64,000 bases of DNA. It comes from Mytilus trossulus. Lineage: Eukaryota. Below are positions 14,913 through 28,687 of this stretch, piece by piece (position 1 is the first letter of the stretch; each line of letters begins with the position of its first letter). The translations under genes and the position numbers were made by a program. The notes under the pieces were generated by a model. The model was not told the DNA's origin and made no database searches. It saw only the letters and a program-made list of their open reading frames with translations. The DNA lies in assembly GCF_036588685.1 (NCBI RefSeq), contig NC_086377.1, positions 7,812,001-7,876,000 of the forward strand, read 5' to 3'.

Positions 14913-17900
14913 ATGGATCCATGTCTGTCCAAGAAAATAACGAAAAATTGTGATTTTATCGAAAATAATCTCGTCCGCTTGTCTAAAGTTGTAGACAAAT
15001 TAATGGAAGATGAGATCCTAACACTTGTGGACAAGACAAACATTCTCTCAGCACCATCAAAGATGACTCAGATTAACATCTTACTGGAGAAGCTTATCAA
15101 TGTCGGCGGCACAGCCTTCACCTCTTTTGTAGAATCGTTGAATGCCACCGGAAACGAACGTATAGCAGATCAGATACTACAGACAGATTCGTCGGGTGAG
15201 TAAAAAAGCAACTGTTCTAAGTCAGCAATCTGATGTTCAGTAGTTGTTGTCTCTTTGTGTGGTTCATAAGTGTTTCTCGTTTCTAGTTTTTTGTTTAGAT
15301 CGTTGGTTTTCCCGTTTGAATGGTTTTACACGAGTAGTTGTTGGGCCCCTTTATAGCTTGCTGTTCAGTAAGAGCCTAAACTTCGTGTTGAATACCGTAT
15401 CTTAACCTACAATGGTTACATTTATATAATTGTTACTTGGGTACTAGTTAGTTGCCTCATTTGCACTTATATATCTATGTTAGAAGCAGCAATCAATCAC
15501 TGTATGTGTATGTGCCTGTTTTGGTCTCTTGTGGAGAGCTGTCTTATTGGCAATCATACCACATCCTCGGCTCTTTATATGACGGTTGTATTTGTAGTGA
15601 TTCTTGTTAAAATTCTTACAGTGACTTTGAGACGAAGAACAACAATAATGAAAGCGTTGTTCTTTTGCTTTTTTGGTGTTTTTTTTTTGTGAGTTTTTTT
15701 GCTGTTCATTTGTACATTCAAATTATTGCTTTTAATTGAGCTTATTTCAATTGTATCTTCATGTCAAGATGACAGAATCGTACAGCATATTTTCTCTATT
15801 TTCTCCTGCAATATTTTTTTTAACATTCATAGTAAATTATTATTGTGCGTTTTTGAATAATAAAAAAAAACAGCATATGATTGCATTGCATCTCTCAACC
15901 ATTGCTGGACTTCGGCTGTCATTTTAACTCTGTGCTCGGGTTCTTGTCTCTTTGATGCATTCCGTATATCCATTCTCTATTTCATATGTTATGTAAAAAA
16001 AAATGTAGAAAAAATATCGATCTTCTGAGAAATATTTGATATTAAACCATCGTTTATAAGATTATGTATTTCATATTGCAGAGGACACAGCCATGTCAAG
16101 AGAGGAGACTTCGTTCAGTGATAGCACGGTAAGTTGAATGATTACTATTATAGCAAGTTAGATGGCTCGTGAAAAGCGAAAAAAAACAACAAATTTAAGT
16201 ACATGTAACAATGATACCATTAACGTAAATACGAGACTTGGTGTCAATAAAAATCTTGTCTATATCTTATGAAGCATTAATGCTGTACTGCTCAGCCAAA
16301 GCGTAATTTTTTAGTATAAATTTGTATAATTGGTGTGTTGCTAATAATTTCAATATAGAGATGTATATAGTCTGACACATTCTGTCTAATAACCTTTTCT
16401 AAATAAAACAATCTCTTTATTCTTAATCGTTTCAAATTATAATGTATTGCCCGAAACGAAATTGTTAGGGTTGCTAGCTAGATTATAATATTTACCTTTT
16501 TAGTTCGAGTGCTAAAGTGTCACCCTTTCTTGATTAATTGTTTCAGTCTTGTTTTGCGTTTTTCGTTTATTTATACACAGATTAGATCGTTGGTTTTCCT
16601 GTTTGAATTGTTTTCAATTGCGATTTTGGGGCTCTCTATAGCTCTTTATAGCTTGCTGTGCGGTGTGAACCAAGAATCCGTGTTGAATATAAAAATGAAG
16701 ATGTGGTATGATTGTCAATGCGACAACTGTCCACAAGAGACCAAAATGACACAGACATAATCACATTAACAACTATATATAGGTAACCGTACGGCCAAAG
16801 CTCATACCGTATAGTCAGCTTTAAAAGGTCCCGATATAACAATGTAAAACAACGAAAAAACTAACGGCCTTATTAATGTACAACAAAATGAACGAAAAAC
16901 AAATATGTAACACTTAAAAAAAACCGACAACCACTAAATTACAGGCTTACTTTGACATATAAGTGTTTACTTTTTACACATTGAGACGTGGATGGAGAGT
17001 TGTCTCATTGGCACTCATACTACATCTTATTTCTATTGTAGACCTTTCAAAGGTTGAATTAATTATTAGCGAAATATATAAGAGGAAAATTCAAACGCAT
17101 TAATCGAAAAAAAAAAAACCAAAACAAAACGACAACACCATGGCTTAAAAAGAAAAGGACAAACAGACAAATACATGTATTAGTGCACAAGATACAACAT
17201 GGAAAACTTAAAACTTAGCAACAAGAACCCCCCTTAAAACTTAGGGTGATATCAGGTGCTCAGGAAGGGTAAACTTTTCGTCAAGGAATAACGCATTATT
17301 CATATCAAGGTGTTTTTTGTTACTTTTAGGCAGCAGCTTTCTAATACACAAAACATGAAAATATATTTATTTCAGTCTGGTGACTTCCGGGAAGACGAAA
17401 TACTCCATCTTTATAAAGAAAAGCAGATGTATAAAGTGAAGCTGTCTGACATGACAACTAACTACAAGCAGCTCCAGTCAGAACTGACCGTCAAGGAACA
17501 TAACATAGAATGTCTGAACAAAGAGATACACAAACTACAGATCGACCTTGAGGAGAACAGGAAGGGGTTGTTAGAGAACAGTTTCGACGCATTGGAAGGC
17601 GACATATTCCGCAGGATAAATACCGGTGCAAATACCAGGGAACTGATGAGAAAGGTATTGAAAATTCATCATTTATCGCGTCACGTGTTTGATGTCAAAT
17701 ATTTCCTATAATTGTAAAAAAACGAAATTCAAAGAAATAAATTTAGAAGAACACGTTATAATCACTACCATATATGAGTTTTCTGTTTTAATATAGAATA
17801 AATAGGTATGATACTTGCATAAAATATATAGCCTTTAATGAAATTTGATTGATTACCCAGTGAACAGATTTAAGCTGTGTAAAAAAAATATGAAGTTTTA

Positions 17901-19976
17901 TATGACTTTGTTTTCTTTGTTGCAGCAAATGAAAATTATTGGTTCGGCCGTCGTCATAAGGGATATGGGCTCATAGAATATAAAACACTGACTGGATATA
18001 CGATTTCTTATTTCCTTCGTTTTTGTCCTTAATTAACGACCCCCTCATTAACATACAATACACCCCTATTCCGGTTCACTTGAACCGCGTTCATCTTCAG
18101 TTTTAAAATGTCCGTCTTAAGTATTCGCATCTTTTACAAAAAACAATTTAATAGTCTTCGGTCTAAGGTTTCGTTATCTCATTATGGCATGTTTGATCTG
18201 TATTACTTCAAACATTCATTAATTTGCTCGGTTATTTAGAACAGTATGCGATATTTTACGAAAGAAGAACAACACAATATGTTGATGGTTAGTCGTGCAC
18301 CCTAATCTATCCTCTTGGCGACTGTCGAGCAGTGCGCCAGAATCTCAGGCTTATTGTGTATACGTATTTAGATGTAACCAATGAGACAATAACCCAACAA
18401 CAATCATTTTTATTCGCAAGTTAATCAAGTTACAAATTAAACGTGTGTTTCAGGTACGTGACCTACAGTTAGCGTTAGACGAAAAGGAGGAAAAGGTTAA
18501 CAACTTGCAAAAGGATTTAGATTACTACAGAAGCCAGCTCGACATTGTAGAAAAACAAGTTAAGAAACAGAAAGACGACAACAGTGAAAAGGATACTAGA
18601 ATAATGATACTTAGAAACCAGGTATTTACTAAATACAAGAGACGAAAGATACCAGACGGACAATCAAACTCATAAATCGAAAAAAAACTGCAAACGCTAT
18701 GACTAAAAATGAAAAAGACAAACAGGCACACAACAGCACACACGACACAACATAGAAAACTTTAGAATAAGCAACACGAAACCAACCAAAAAACTAGGGG
18801 TTATCTCAGGTGCTCCGGAAGGGTAAGCAGATCCTGCTTCACATGTGGCACCCGTCGTGTTGCTCATGTTATAAGTAATTCGATAAATAGTCTAATTCGG
18901 TAGTTCACATTCATAAAACGGGAAACGGATTGTAGTTACGACGTAAGGAACATATCCGATTTCATCTGTGATAGGGAAAGTACAAAACAAATTATCCTTT
19001 TCTTTTATAAAGCTCACATTGAATTGGCATGGCGTGAACAACGAAGAACAAAGACCTATAGACCTAATAGATATATCTACGTCATTTTGTAATCATACCA
19101 CATCTCCTTGGTTTATTTGCAAAAGGACAGACAATCATAATGGTCCACTTGTCTTTAATTTACGTGCACTGTCCAATCAAAAGAGACACAAGGACTATAG
19201 TACATACAGTACACTAATGCGACTTTCACAAGTGTTGTGAATGGTTGACAAAGTCGTTTTTTACAAACATTTGTTTTCTTATTTAACTGAAAATGATTGC
19301 ATTCTCTGTTTTACTTCTTTATATAGACGGGATGATTTGAAGCTTGATGTGTGATATAATGTAATGAGCATTTGACATGACACCGCTCCATTTCTACTTT
19401 AGTTTTCGCTATAATTGTTTTCAAAGGAGATTTAAATTGACTTTAAATAAATAGGTTTCCGAAGCATTTAAAAATATGAAAAATATTAAAAAACTACATG
19501 CAATGTAACTTTTCAACGAGGTAGTTTATTTCAATTTTAAAACAGTTAAATGCATGTACACAGAACACGAGAAATCACTTTTGCAACTCGTTTGTTACTC
19601 CTATCAAACTTTTTTTTCAACTTTTTAAAATTATTGCGTATTCTTATAGGTAGGGAAACTCCAGAACTACCTACAAGCCAGTAAACAGAACCTATCACGG
19701 ATCAATAACGAACAAAAACGCATAATGGACCAGTGGAATAAAGAACAGCTGGAACGCTTTAAAGAGATGGAAAACAAGATGGAGGGCGGGAAGAAAGACA
19801 ACTCCAAGCGATTTAATACACTGGAAGACAAGATAGATATCTTGATAAAGATGATGTCAGCGCAAGGACCTGCAATACCGAATCTGGTTAAGAGTGTTGA
19901 AAAAAGCAAACCTTCCGTAAAAAGTCATAAAGATGCGTATGGAAAAAAAGGAAAATCTAATCGATATAAGAACTAA
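14913..19976 (+). CDS. CARD + coiled-coil protein, paralogue B (5 exons, 367 aa)
   Basis: Exons 14913-15195, 16082-16128, 17376-17654, 18454-18621, 19650-19976 (phases 1,0,0,0; 1104 nt). CARD in exon 1 (LLEKLINVGGTAFTSFVESLNATGNERIADQIL). The exon 4/5 junction gives LRNQVGKLQNYLQA, matching LRNNVGKLQVHLQA in paralogue A. Confidence 0.85.
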
Positions 19977-20182
19977 ATCAAATATTGAAAAATCTTTCAA
20001 CCCTTAGGGATTTGTAAAGATGGTTTTCTTTTACTGAACTATTTTATAGTCGTCTTCTCTCCCTTTTTTTTACAGCTACAAATTCGTGTTCTCAACAATT
20101 GTAAGAAATATGACAATTGTACATGTATGTTATGTGTCGACAGTTTTCATCAAAACATTGCTAGTTTTGTTGAATTTTTTAT

Positions 20183-20460
20183 TACACCTACGATAGAAGG
20201 GGGCATTATGTTTTCCGGTCCGTTCGTCTGTTCGTCCGTTCGTCCATCCGTCTGTCCCGCTTCAGGTTAAAGTTTTTGTCAAGGTAGTTTTTGATCAAGT
20301 TGAAGTCCAATCGACTTCAAACTTAGGACACATGTTCCCTATGATATGATCTTTCTAATTTTAATGCCAAATTAGAGTTTTAACCCCAATGTCACGGTCC
20401 ACTGAACATGGGAAATGATAGTGCGAGTGGGGCATTCGTGTACTGGGGACACATTCTTGT
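20183..20460. mobile_element. Short Helentron-associated/Pearl-like element (other copies, reversed, at ~34655-34937 and ~41576-41793)
   Basis: Terminal hairpin-like motif, (GTCC/GTTC)n microsatellite and shared body ending ggacacattcttgtt. The three copies in this window are recognisably homologous. Confidence 0.6.
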
Positions 20461-21492
20461 TTATTAGTCTTTAACTAATAGTTAAAATTATGTCCTTTAT
20501 CAATAATAATAAAGATTAACTTACACATCTGTAATGTTTTTTTGTTGTTTTATTATCATTTTATTTTAGTGTTATCTAATGTTAGCCAAAAGTTGGCGGT
20601 CTTGGCTACATTTCTCTTCTTCAAATACCAACGTTTTTAGATGGTCTTGATTCACTTTTATATTTCAAATACTAGTTGCTTGAATTTTATCGGGAACCAG
20701 AAAAAGGAATGAGTTACCCGACGTCATAGAACTAAAGAATATTGTTCAGAGGCCAGTTGTATTGACGAAAGTAGAAGACCTTTATACGACGTATCTTACA
20801 TACATAAATATGCGTAATCTTCTACAGTTTTTGTCTGGCATATATCCTTGTTCTCATTTGTATAGTTGAGCGACTAAGAATTCAAGGCGTAAGCTAACGT
20901 GCATTAATCGATGTCAATATACTAATATAGGCACATATCTTGGTATCTAAAATTGAGAATGGAAATGGGGAATGTGTCAAAGAGACAACAACCCGACCAA
21001 ATAAAAAAACAACAGCAGAAGGTCACCAACAGGTCTTCAATGTAGCGAGAAATTCCCGCACCGGAGGCGTCCTTCAGCTGGCCCCTAAACAAATATATAC
21101 TAGTTTAGTGATAATGAACGCCATACTAATTTAAATTGTACACAATAAACTAAAATTAAAATAATACAAGACTTACAAAGGCCAGAGGCTCCTGACTTGG
21201 GACAGGCGCAAAAATGCAGCGGGGTTAAACATGTTTGTGAGATCTCAACCCTCCCCCTATACCTCTAACCAATGTAGAGATTTAAACGATCTACAATGTA
21301 TATGAAATATGATAATGTAAATAAATATAGTATACCTACCTGTCATAGTACTATTATTAGCAAAATATGGTCTCAAAATACAATAATTATGACCTTGGTA
21401 TACTATACATGTTTGTGCAATAAACCATGCAGTCTTGTTGTCTTCGGTTTCAAAAACGAAATTATATGTCGTCCGACCACCAGCAATCTAAA

Positions 21493-24400
21493 ATGGAACC
21501 CATAGAATCAAAATGCATAACGAAGAATTTATTATTTATCAAAGACAATATCACACAATTAGAGAAAATCATGGATAAACTTATAGAGGATGATTGTCTT
21601 GGAATGGACGAAAGAGCTGATATTTTGTCTGCCAAGAGGACAGATAAGCAATGTCATAAGCTTCTTGATATTTTACTAAAGCGAGGCGGTAATTCTTACA
21701 CATCATTCATAGAGGCTTTAGAAGTATCGGGGAATCATCACGTGGCTACGCGAATACAACATAAAGACTTACAGAAAGGTAAATTGAATATGTTTCCACT
21801 TAACTAACCTCAAACTGATCCTGATTATTTGTATATCGAAAGTACTATTTCGATATCTCAAGCCAGTAAAAAATGAAATTTGTCAATTCCGGAATGTCAA
21901 AGTTGTCGCGCACAATGTTTAATTTAAGATTCCTCTTGTCTAATTTTACGGATGTCGAAAAAAAAAGTTCACTATTTTTTATCATAAAAAGTCAGATTTG
22001 CCAATTCAAGAATGACAGATTCGCACCGCACAATGTTTAGTTTACTCAATTTGCATTGGTATCGCCATAATTCAAATGATTCTTCATATCTGTATATGTC
22101 CAGTTAATAAAACTACATATGTATGTGTTAGTTCTAAAACTAAGTAACTGCCAGAAGTAAGCTCTTATCTGATAAGGAAGGTCGTACGGTAGCATGTACG
22201 GATATACTTTTGTATTTGCTTAGATACTTTTTATATGAACTTTGGTGAATACTTGTCGCATTTGCAACCATACCACAAATCTGTATAGGTATATGCATGA
22301 AAAAGGCATATTATATTACTTTGCGTTATTTTTTTATCATTTCTGCAAGTTTTTTTTTTTTTTTTTTTTTACGTTAGAATTACGGCTTTGAATAGGACCA
22401 AGAACATAATAAAGCGGTGTTTTATAATGACTTGTATCCCCCCCCCCCCGATAAAAATCAAATGGTAGCTCCCTAACGTGTTCCACGCAAATAAAGAAAC
22501 TGTTTTTAGCGGTATTCTGGACTAGTTGTGACCCATCCATACAAGATTATTTCTGTGCAATGCTTTGGTATGTACCCTTCCTGTCTATCTGTTGTTAATA
22601 TGCCTTTTCTTATCCGAAATTTGTTTTCACATCATATTTTTATCTGACTTCATGCTCTTTTTTTCGTCAACCAGATGGATATTACATAAATGTCCAAGTC
22701 TTCAAGATTTATTTTGTAAAATGCAGTTGCGTTTTTAGATTCCGCAATTTTTAATAGGAACTCTTTCTGTTTTTACCAATATAATTTGTATTATTATATT
22801 GGTTTTTGTTTATAATAAACATTGTAAAATTACAATATTTATGTTACTATCTTTGTATTTTGAATTTTAAACTTATAATACTAATGAGATCGACCTGTCG
22901 ATTAAACAATTAAAAAGTAAAATAATTATGTGTATTGTATCATGCGTGCGTAGCACCATTGTTTGTAGATAATAGTTTAAAGTTAGTTTTCAATGTAAAT
23001 GAATTTAAATATATTTCTTTGTTTACACAATAATTGTAAAATCATCCACCGAACAAATTTAATGGATTTAAAATGGGTTTATTTTATTTTACATTGCAGC
23101 AGATGCATATCAACTTGCAGACGACACAAGCTTTTTGCACGTGAAAGAAGATACATTTACAGTTAATGGAAAGGTACATATGAAGTTATATGGACATTTT
23201 GACATATAGATACGCTCTAACATTGGCTGATATGAGGGCACTAGACTTTAAATTCAATAATTGAATTCAAATCTACGTCGAAATCAAAAACAAATACGAG
23301 CATATTTGAATTTAACAAGGAAACATCTCTTTAACATGAAAATTATCTCGGAAATAAATAGATAAATGAGAAAGTTAAGTCAAGTCAATAGCCTGAAATA
23401 TAAATAATCTGATTGAAATACGAACGTGTAGTTATCAAGTTTAATGAATGCATGAACCCACAGGAATAAGTCTCTAATCTATCTTCATTCACGTAGAAAC
23501 CATAAGATATAAGAAGCTGTCGTATATATAAGTGCATATGAGACAACTCTCTATCCAAGTCACAATTTGTAAAAATAAACCATTATAGGTCACACACTGA
23601 ACAGCAAACTATAAAGGGCCATACAAACTACTCGTGTAAAACCATTTCAACGGTCTGATCTATATGAAAAACGAGAACCACTGATGAACCACATCAACAA
23701 ACGACAACTACTGAACATCAGATTCCTAACTAAGGACAGGTGCAAACAATTGCAGCGGTTTAAACGTTTTAATGGTACCAAACCTTTTCCCTTATTTAAA
23801 ACAATAGTGTAACATCACAATGCCTACCTTTTATGAATTATATTTTAAGGTTGAGTTTGAAGAAGCTGAGGTGATCCAGCTCTATGAGGAAAAAGAAATG
23901 TATTTAGAAAGAGTCAAAGAACTGGAAGTCAGCTGTACGCTTTTACAGAATGAAAATTATCTGAAAGAACACAAAATTGACAAGCTGAATCAGGACGTAC
24001 GACTTTTAAAGCAAAATGTCCAACAGAAGTATGATGAGATAGACAATGTCGACGAGACATGCGTAGAACATCTCCGGAAGTTGGATCAAGTTGAGGCTCA
24101 GTGTAAAACGCTAGAGGAGGAAAACGCTCATTTAAAAATAGTTCAAAGAAATCTACAGGAAACTATCAGCGATAAAGAAGTTACAATGAAGAATTTGAAT
24201 CAAGAGAGAGAGTTTTATAAAAAGCAGATGAACATTCTTCAAACTGATCTGAGACAGTTACAGAATGAAAGTGCAGAAAAAGACGCAAGGATTCAAACAC
24301 TGAATGAGCAGATACGAGAACTTAAAATTGATCTTCAGAATACCCGCCAAGCCATGGACAAAGCGGCGACTGAATCACGCGTTGCTATGGAACAATTGAA

Positions 24401-24620
24401 AACCGATCATAGCAATCGATTTAATCAGCTAGACAATAAGCTCGATTGCGTCTTAAAAATGTTGAAAACAACAAAGATGGGTGATGGAAACGTTTTAAAA
24501 TCAGCAGATGTAAATAAGAATACAAGGAAACAAAGCATAGGGTCACACAAATCTGAGAATCGTCCGGGTACTAATGCTTCCAAAAATAAACCGGGTACCA
24601 ATCGTAATCAAAAGATTTAA
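21493..24620 (+). CDS. CARD + coiled-coil protein, paralogue C (3 exons, 376 aa; 385 aa if ATG 21466 is used)
   Basis: Exons 21493-21778, 23100-23173 (NAGNAG acceptor, 23103 is an alternative), 23850-24620; phases 1, 0. CARD: LLDILLKRGGNSYTSFIEALEVSGNHHVATRI. Micro-exon motif KEDTFTV matches EEDTFYV in A. The coiled coil ends RFNQLDNKLDCVLKML. Confidence 0.85.
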
Positions 24621-24679
24621 GCATTCTCCTGTACAATGTCATGACGAGTGAGCGTGTTATATATCTGTTTTATTTATTA

Positions 24680-24808
24680 TACTTGTCTGAGAAAAAAATC
24701 CTTGTTATATCAAGGTATAAACACATAGGTCTTTTTTCTGAGACAAGTGCCTGTGTTATATTAAGGTATATAGGAATGTTTGGTTTTTTTCTGAGACAAG
24801 TGCCTGTG
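24680..24808. mobile_element. Degenerate copy of the CACAGG foldback MITE just 3' of the CARD-CC C stop, right arm duplicated
   Basis: ctgagacaagtgcctgtg occurs twice and matches the right arm of the intact element at 53710-53800. Confidence 0.65.
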
Positions 24809-26378
24809 GACTGATTTTAATAAATTAATTTCTTTAAAAAATTCCTTCATGAGATTAATTGTATCGTTAACATATATTTTATATTTGTCATCAAGTCGAA
24901 AACAGTGGTTAAAAATTATTTGGAGGGATACTGCTGCTTGTGCGAAATCATTGTAAATAAACTCATCATAGATACCAGGACTAAATTTTGTATATACGCC
25001 AGACGCGCGTTTCGTCTAAAATAACTCCTCGATCTACCATAAATTCTTTAATGGGAGTTTTAATGCTCTACCTGTAGTGTTTTGCGCAGTGTTTGTTTGC
25101 GTCTTGTTTTCCTTTTTGTCGTGGTGCTGTTTATTTTTTTCTTTGAATAGTGACTTTTGATTGCCCCTCTTGTAATCACCTGTCAGTGGCAAATATCTTA
25201 TTTGTACTCAGGGTTAATTTTATGTGAAGTACGAATTTGTGAAGTCTGCTCTCACCGTCGCTTCAGGGTTCCATTATTTGTTATACTATGACGTTTATTT
25301 ATGCATCATTGTCGCCATATGTTTTCTAGATGTAATAACCTTTTTAATCCAGGGACGCTTTGATCTTTTTATCACAAGGACAATTCTGTCCATTTTATTC
25401 TTTTGAAACGACAAATAGATTTAAAATTTAATTCCGTACTTGAAGTTCGCCTTAGTTTGATATGTATATTTAATATAATCTAATTGATTTTCCGAAAGTG
25501 TGATTTTAAAACTGATAATGACACAGTCCACCAATAAACTTCAATATAAGATAGCCTTAGACAACTTTGGCTGATAACACAGATAACGAAGAGGAAGGGT
25601 GCATTGTTTTATCTCATTGCAGTGCAAACTACGATAATGTCAAATACCTCCCGAATGATTAACTCCTTTTAATTACAAGGTAAGTTGCTTACTTATTTTA
25701 TAAGCTAAAAAATATATATATGTGGAATTCATTCTATGATTGGCAATTAAAATAGTTCTTGTTTGTGGTTTAATAAGATAAATGTCGACTGGTTTCCGGT
25801 CAATCTTAACTGATAAAGGTATTTCAAACAATCACGTGTGGTGAATGTACATGTACTACACGAGTTTAGAACCTGTAAAATTATTAAAGCAGAAACAAAC
25901 CCGTTGCTGGTACAGTTGTATTTATTTTTTAAATGTCAGAATAATTAAGGACCAGACGTCAACAAGACAGCAATCTAAAAACAATTATTATCCATTTAAG
26001 ACGTATGTACAAATTGTATACCGGTCAGCCTAATGACAGCCTCATTCACAAAGTCTTCAAATATTTTCAAAGTCCTTTTAGCCACTGTTTTGAATCGGGT
26101 TGAAAACTATTTTAATACGGCCATATTCAGCTTACAGCAAAGCTTTTAGTCTTTGTTAAAGGTCCATTAGAGACCAGTAATAATTTTCTTATTTCAATAA
26201 AACGACATCCCCATATTTTTACAGTGTATGTAAAGTACATTTTGGTATCAGTCTCAGAATTTTATGATATTCGATAAAGTAATAAGGGTCTATCTTAAAA
26301 TACAGATTTGCAATTTTCGGTAGGAAAAAAGGGGTCTATCCTTTGTAAAAACTTTGAGATATTCTGTAAGATAATATA

Positions 26379-26586
26379 GGTTTATCGTTTATTACAACTT
26401 TGTTTTTTTCGGTAACAGAACAGAGGTTTATCGTTTATTACAACTTTGGTTTTTTCGGTAACAGAACAGAGGTTTATCGTTTATTAAAACTTTGTTTTTT
26501 TCGGTAACAGAACAGAGGTTTATCGTTTATTACAACTTTGTTTTTTTCGGTAACAGAACAGAGGTTTATCGTTTATTACAACTTTG
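26379..26586. repeat. 46-bp minisatellite (tttatcgtttattacaactttgttttttcggtaacagaacagagg), about 4.5 copies
   Basis: Units start at 26427, 26473 and onward; near-identical. Confidence 0.95.
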
Positions 26587-27095
26587 AGAATTTCGAGAAA
26601 ATGGGTCTACAGAGAATATAGGTCTATAGAAAATATTGGTCCTTAGAGAATAAGGGAACAGTATTAGTTTATTGTATGTGTCTTGCTTGTTTGACTAATC
26701 ATGGTTGCTCTGTCTTGTTATTGTAAAAATAGAGAAGGTATCAGTATTAATACGAGACAAAATTTCAATACACGCACATAAAAGAACAAACATTCATACA
26801 GATTTAATTGGTATTCTGATATGAAAGTCACATTAAAACATTCAGCCACGTCACAATAAAGCCATCAACAGTGACAGTGAGACCTTCAACAAAATAACAA
26901 TGAAGCCATCAAACGTCACTGTGAGACCATCAACAAAGTACAACAAATGTACATGTAGCAATGATGCTGTCAACATAATGACGCCGTCAACAGTCACAGT
27001 GAGATCCTCAACGAAGTAACAAATATGAGGACTTCAACAAAGTCCTATATTAGAATTGCATGAAGTCACAGTAATGGCGTCAAGTTCTAATAATG

Positions 27096-27241
27096 ACTTC
27101 AAAAAAGTCACAATGGTCGAAGCCTTCAACAAAGTCACAATGGTCGAAGCCTTCAACAAAGTCACAATGGTCGAAGCCTTCAACAAAGTCACAATGGTCG
27201 AAGCCTTCAACAAAGTAACAATGGTCAAGGCCTTCAACAAG
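27096..27241. repeat. 27-bp minisatellite (aagtcacaatggtcgaagccttcaaca), about 5 copies, with degenerate units back to ~26820
   Basis: Directly visible; gives the (KVTMVEAFN)n and (LLKASTIVT)n ORFs. Confidence 0.95.
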
Positions 27242-28687
27242 GATACAGTTAAGCCTTAACTAAACGAAATCAAATTAAAGTTAACATAGCCAAAGTGAGG
27301 CCTGGAATAAACTCATATTGAGACCGTCAGAATATGGCCTTCAGTGTCCTTTGGACGAAATTTGTAACTTGTTTTACTGTAGTTCGTTATGCATTTTGTA
27401 GTTCAATGTCTCAATGTCTATTGTTTGTTTTTCTCTTTTGTTTGTCTATATATATACACCTGATGCTGAATATCTCTTTTATTATGCATTGTTCTAGTGA
27501 CTGCTTTCCTTTGTAAAGTCCCATGGCGTTTTCAGATTGTCTTCAACTTATGAGTTTGAATGTGCATTTGGTATGTTCATCTCTCTTTTAACATATTAAA
27601 ATCACTTCAACAAGTTTAATAAGTTTTTAAGGGCCTTCCATATAAGGTTTTAATCAGTTATATTATTCATGCGCTTGTAAGACAACAAGAAAACGTAACC
27701 ACAAAGTAATTTAGCTTCGGTACTATAGAACTTGACCAATAGAAAAGTTTGAAGGAAGACATTTAGAAATTTGTACAAGAACGCAGTTGAGTTTAAAATA
27801 AGAAAATCGCAATAATAAGTGCAAGCAATAATTTCAGAATTTACAGTACTTTCATTGGTTTGATAAAAAAAAAAGTGTCCAATCAGAACGCGGTATTAGG
27901 TTCTTAAATATGAAAAGTTTTTGGAAAAAAACATCCCTTTTATGATTATAGTATCAAAAATAAAATCTTGAATTGATATAGACCTGTTTAGTTTCACCAG
28001 GTTTGTAAACTAATATTTCTTTGTTCTTTAGTAAGTTAAACATGTTTTTGAGTTTCATTGCTTTTATGAGTCAGAGCAAGCTTCTTAAAGTTAAAATTGT
28101 GAGAAAAAGTTTGAACTTGACATAATTTAAGTCAATTAAAGTATCGTGTATTGTGCTAGTACTCTGTGTATGGCAATGCATCTAACTTTTAAGTTTAGTT
28201 TGCTTTATATATGATGACTTCAGGTATTAGGGAGAATGTTGATAGAAAACGGATACACTAGAAATGTAAGCAATTGCCATACTTAATAGATGTAAAGGAA
28301 ATTTGACAAACATAATTGTCGTTGTAAATTATGCAGCCCGATAAAATTGTGTGCTTTTGAACTACACTGAAAGAACAAGTACGACTTGTGTTTAATTTTG
28401 TTGTCTCTGTTCGCTAGCCTAAGAATGTTTGTAACAATTATGGAAATTAAAGATTCAACCACGTTTTATTTTAACGCATGCTGATAATTTCTATTTTTTT
28501 TTAAATTTTAGATAATTTCAGCAGTTTATGGAATTTATCGAAATATTAAAAAAACTGTTACATTTTGATTGTACAATGAAACTGTTCCAATTGACACGTT
28601 TGTTACTCATTGTATTGTTTTACTATTTATGTTAATGGTTTTGATTATTTTTGGGTATGGCTCTTTATACTAAGTTATTTGTTTATT

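Noticed and set aside
7170-24620. Naming the CARD-CC genes CARD9/CARD11, or treating them as one long gene
   Set aside because: Similarity is architectural only. Each copy has its own ATG, CARD and stop codon.
27034-27259. Repetitive ORFs on both strands (KVTMVEAFN / LLKASTIVT)
   Set aside because: 27-bp tandem repeat; I found no splice sites linking it to neighbouring genes, and the receptor already has its own signal-peptide exon.
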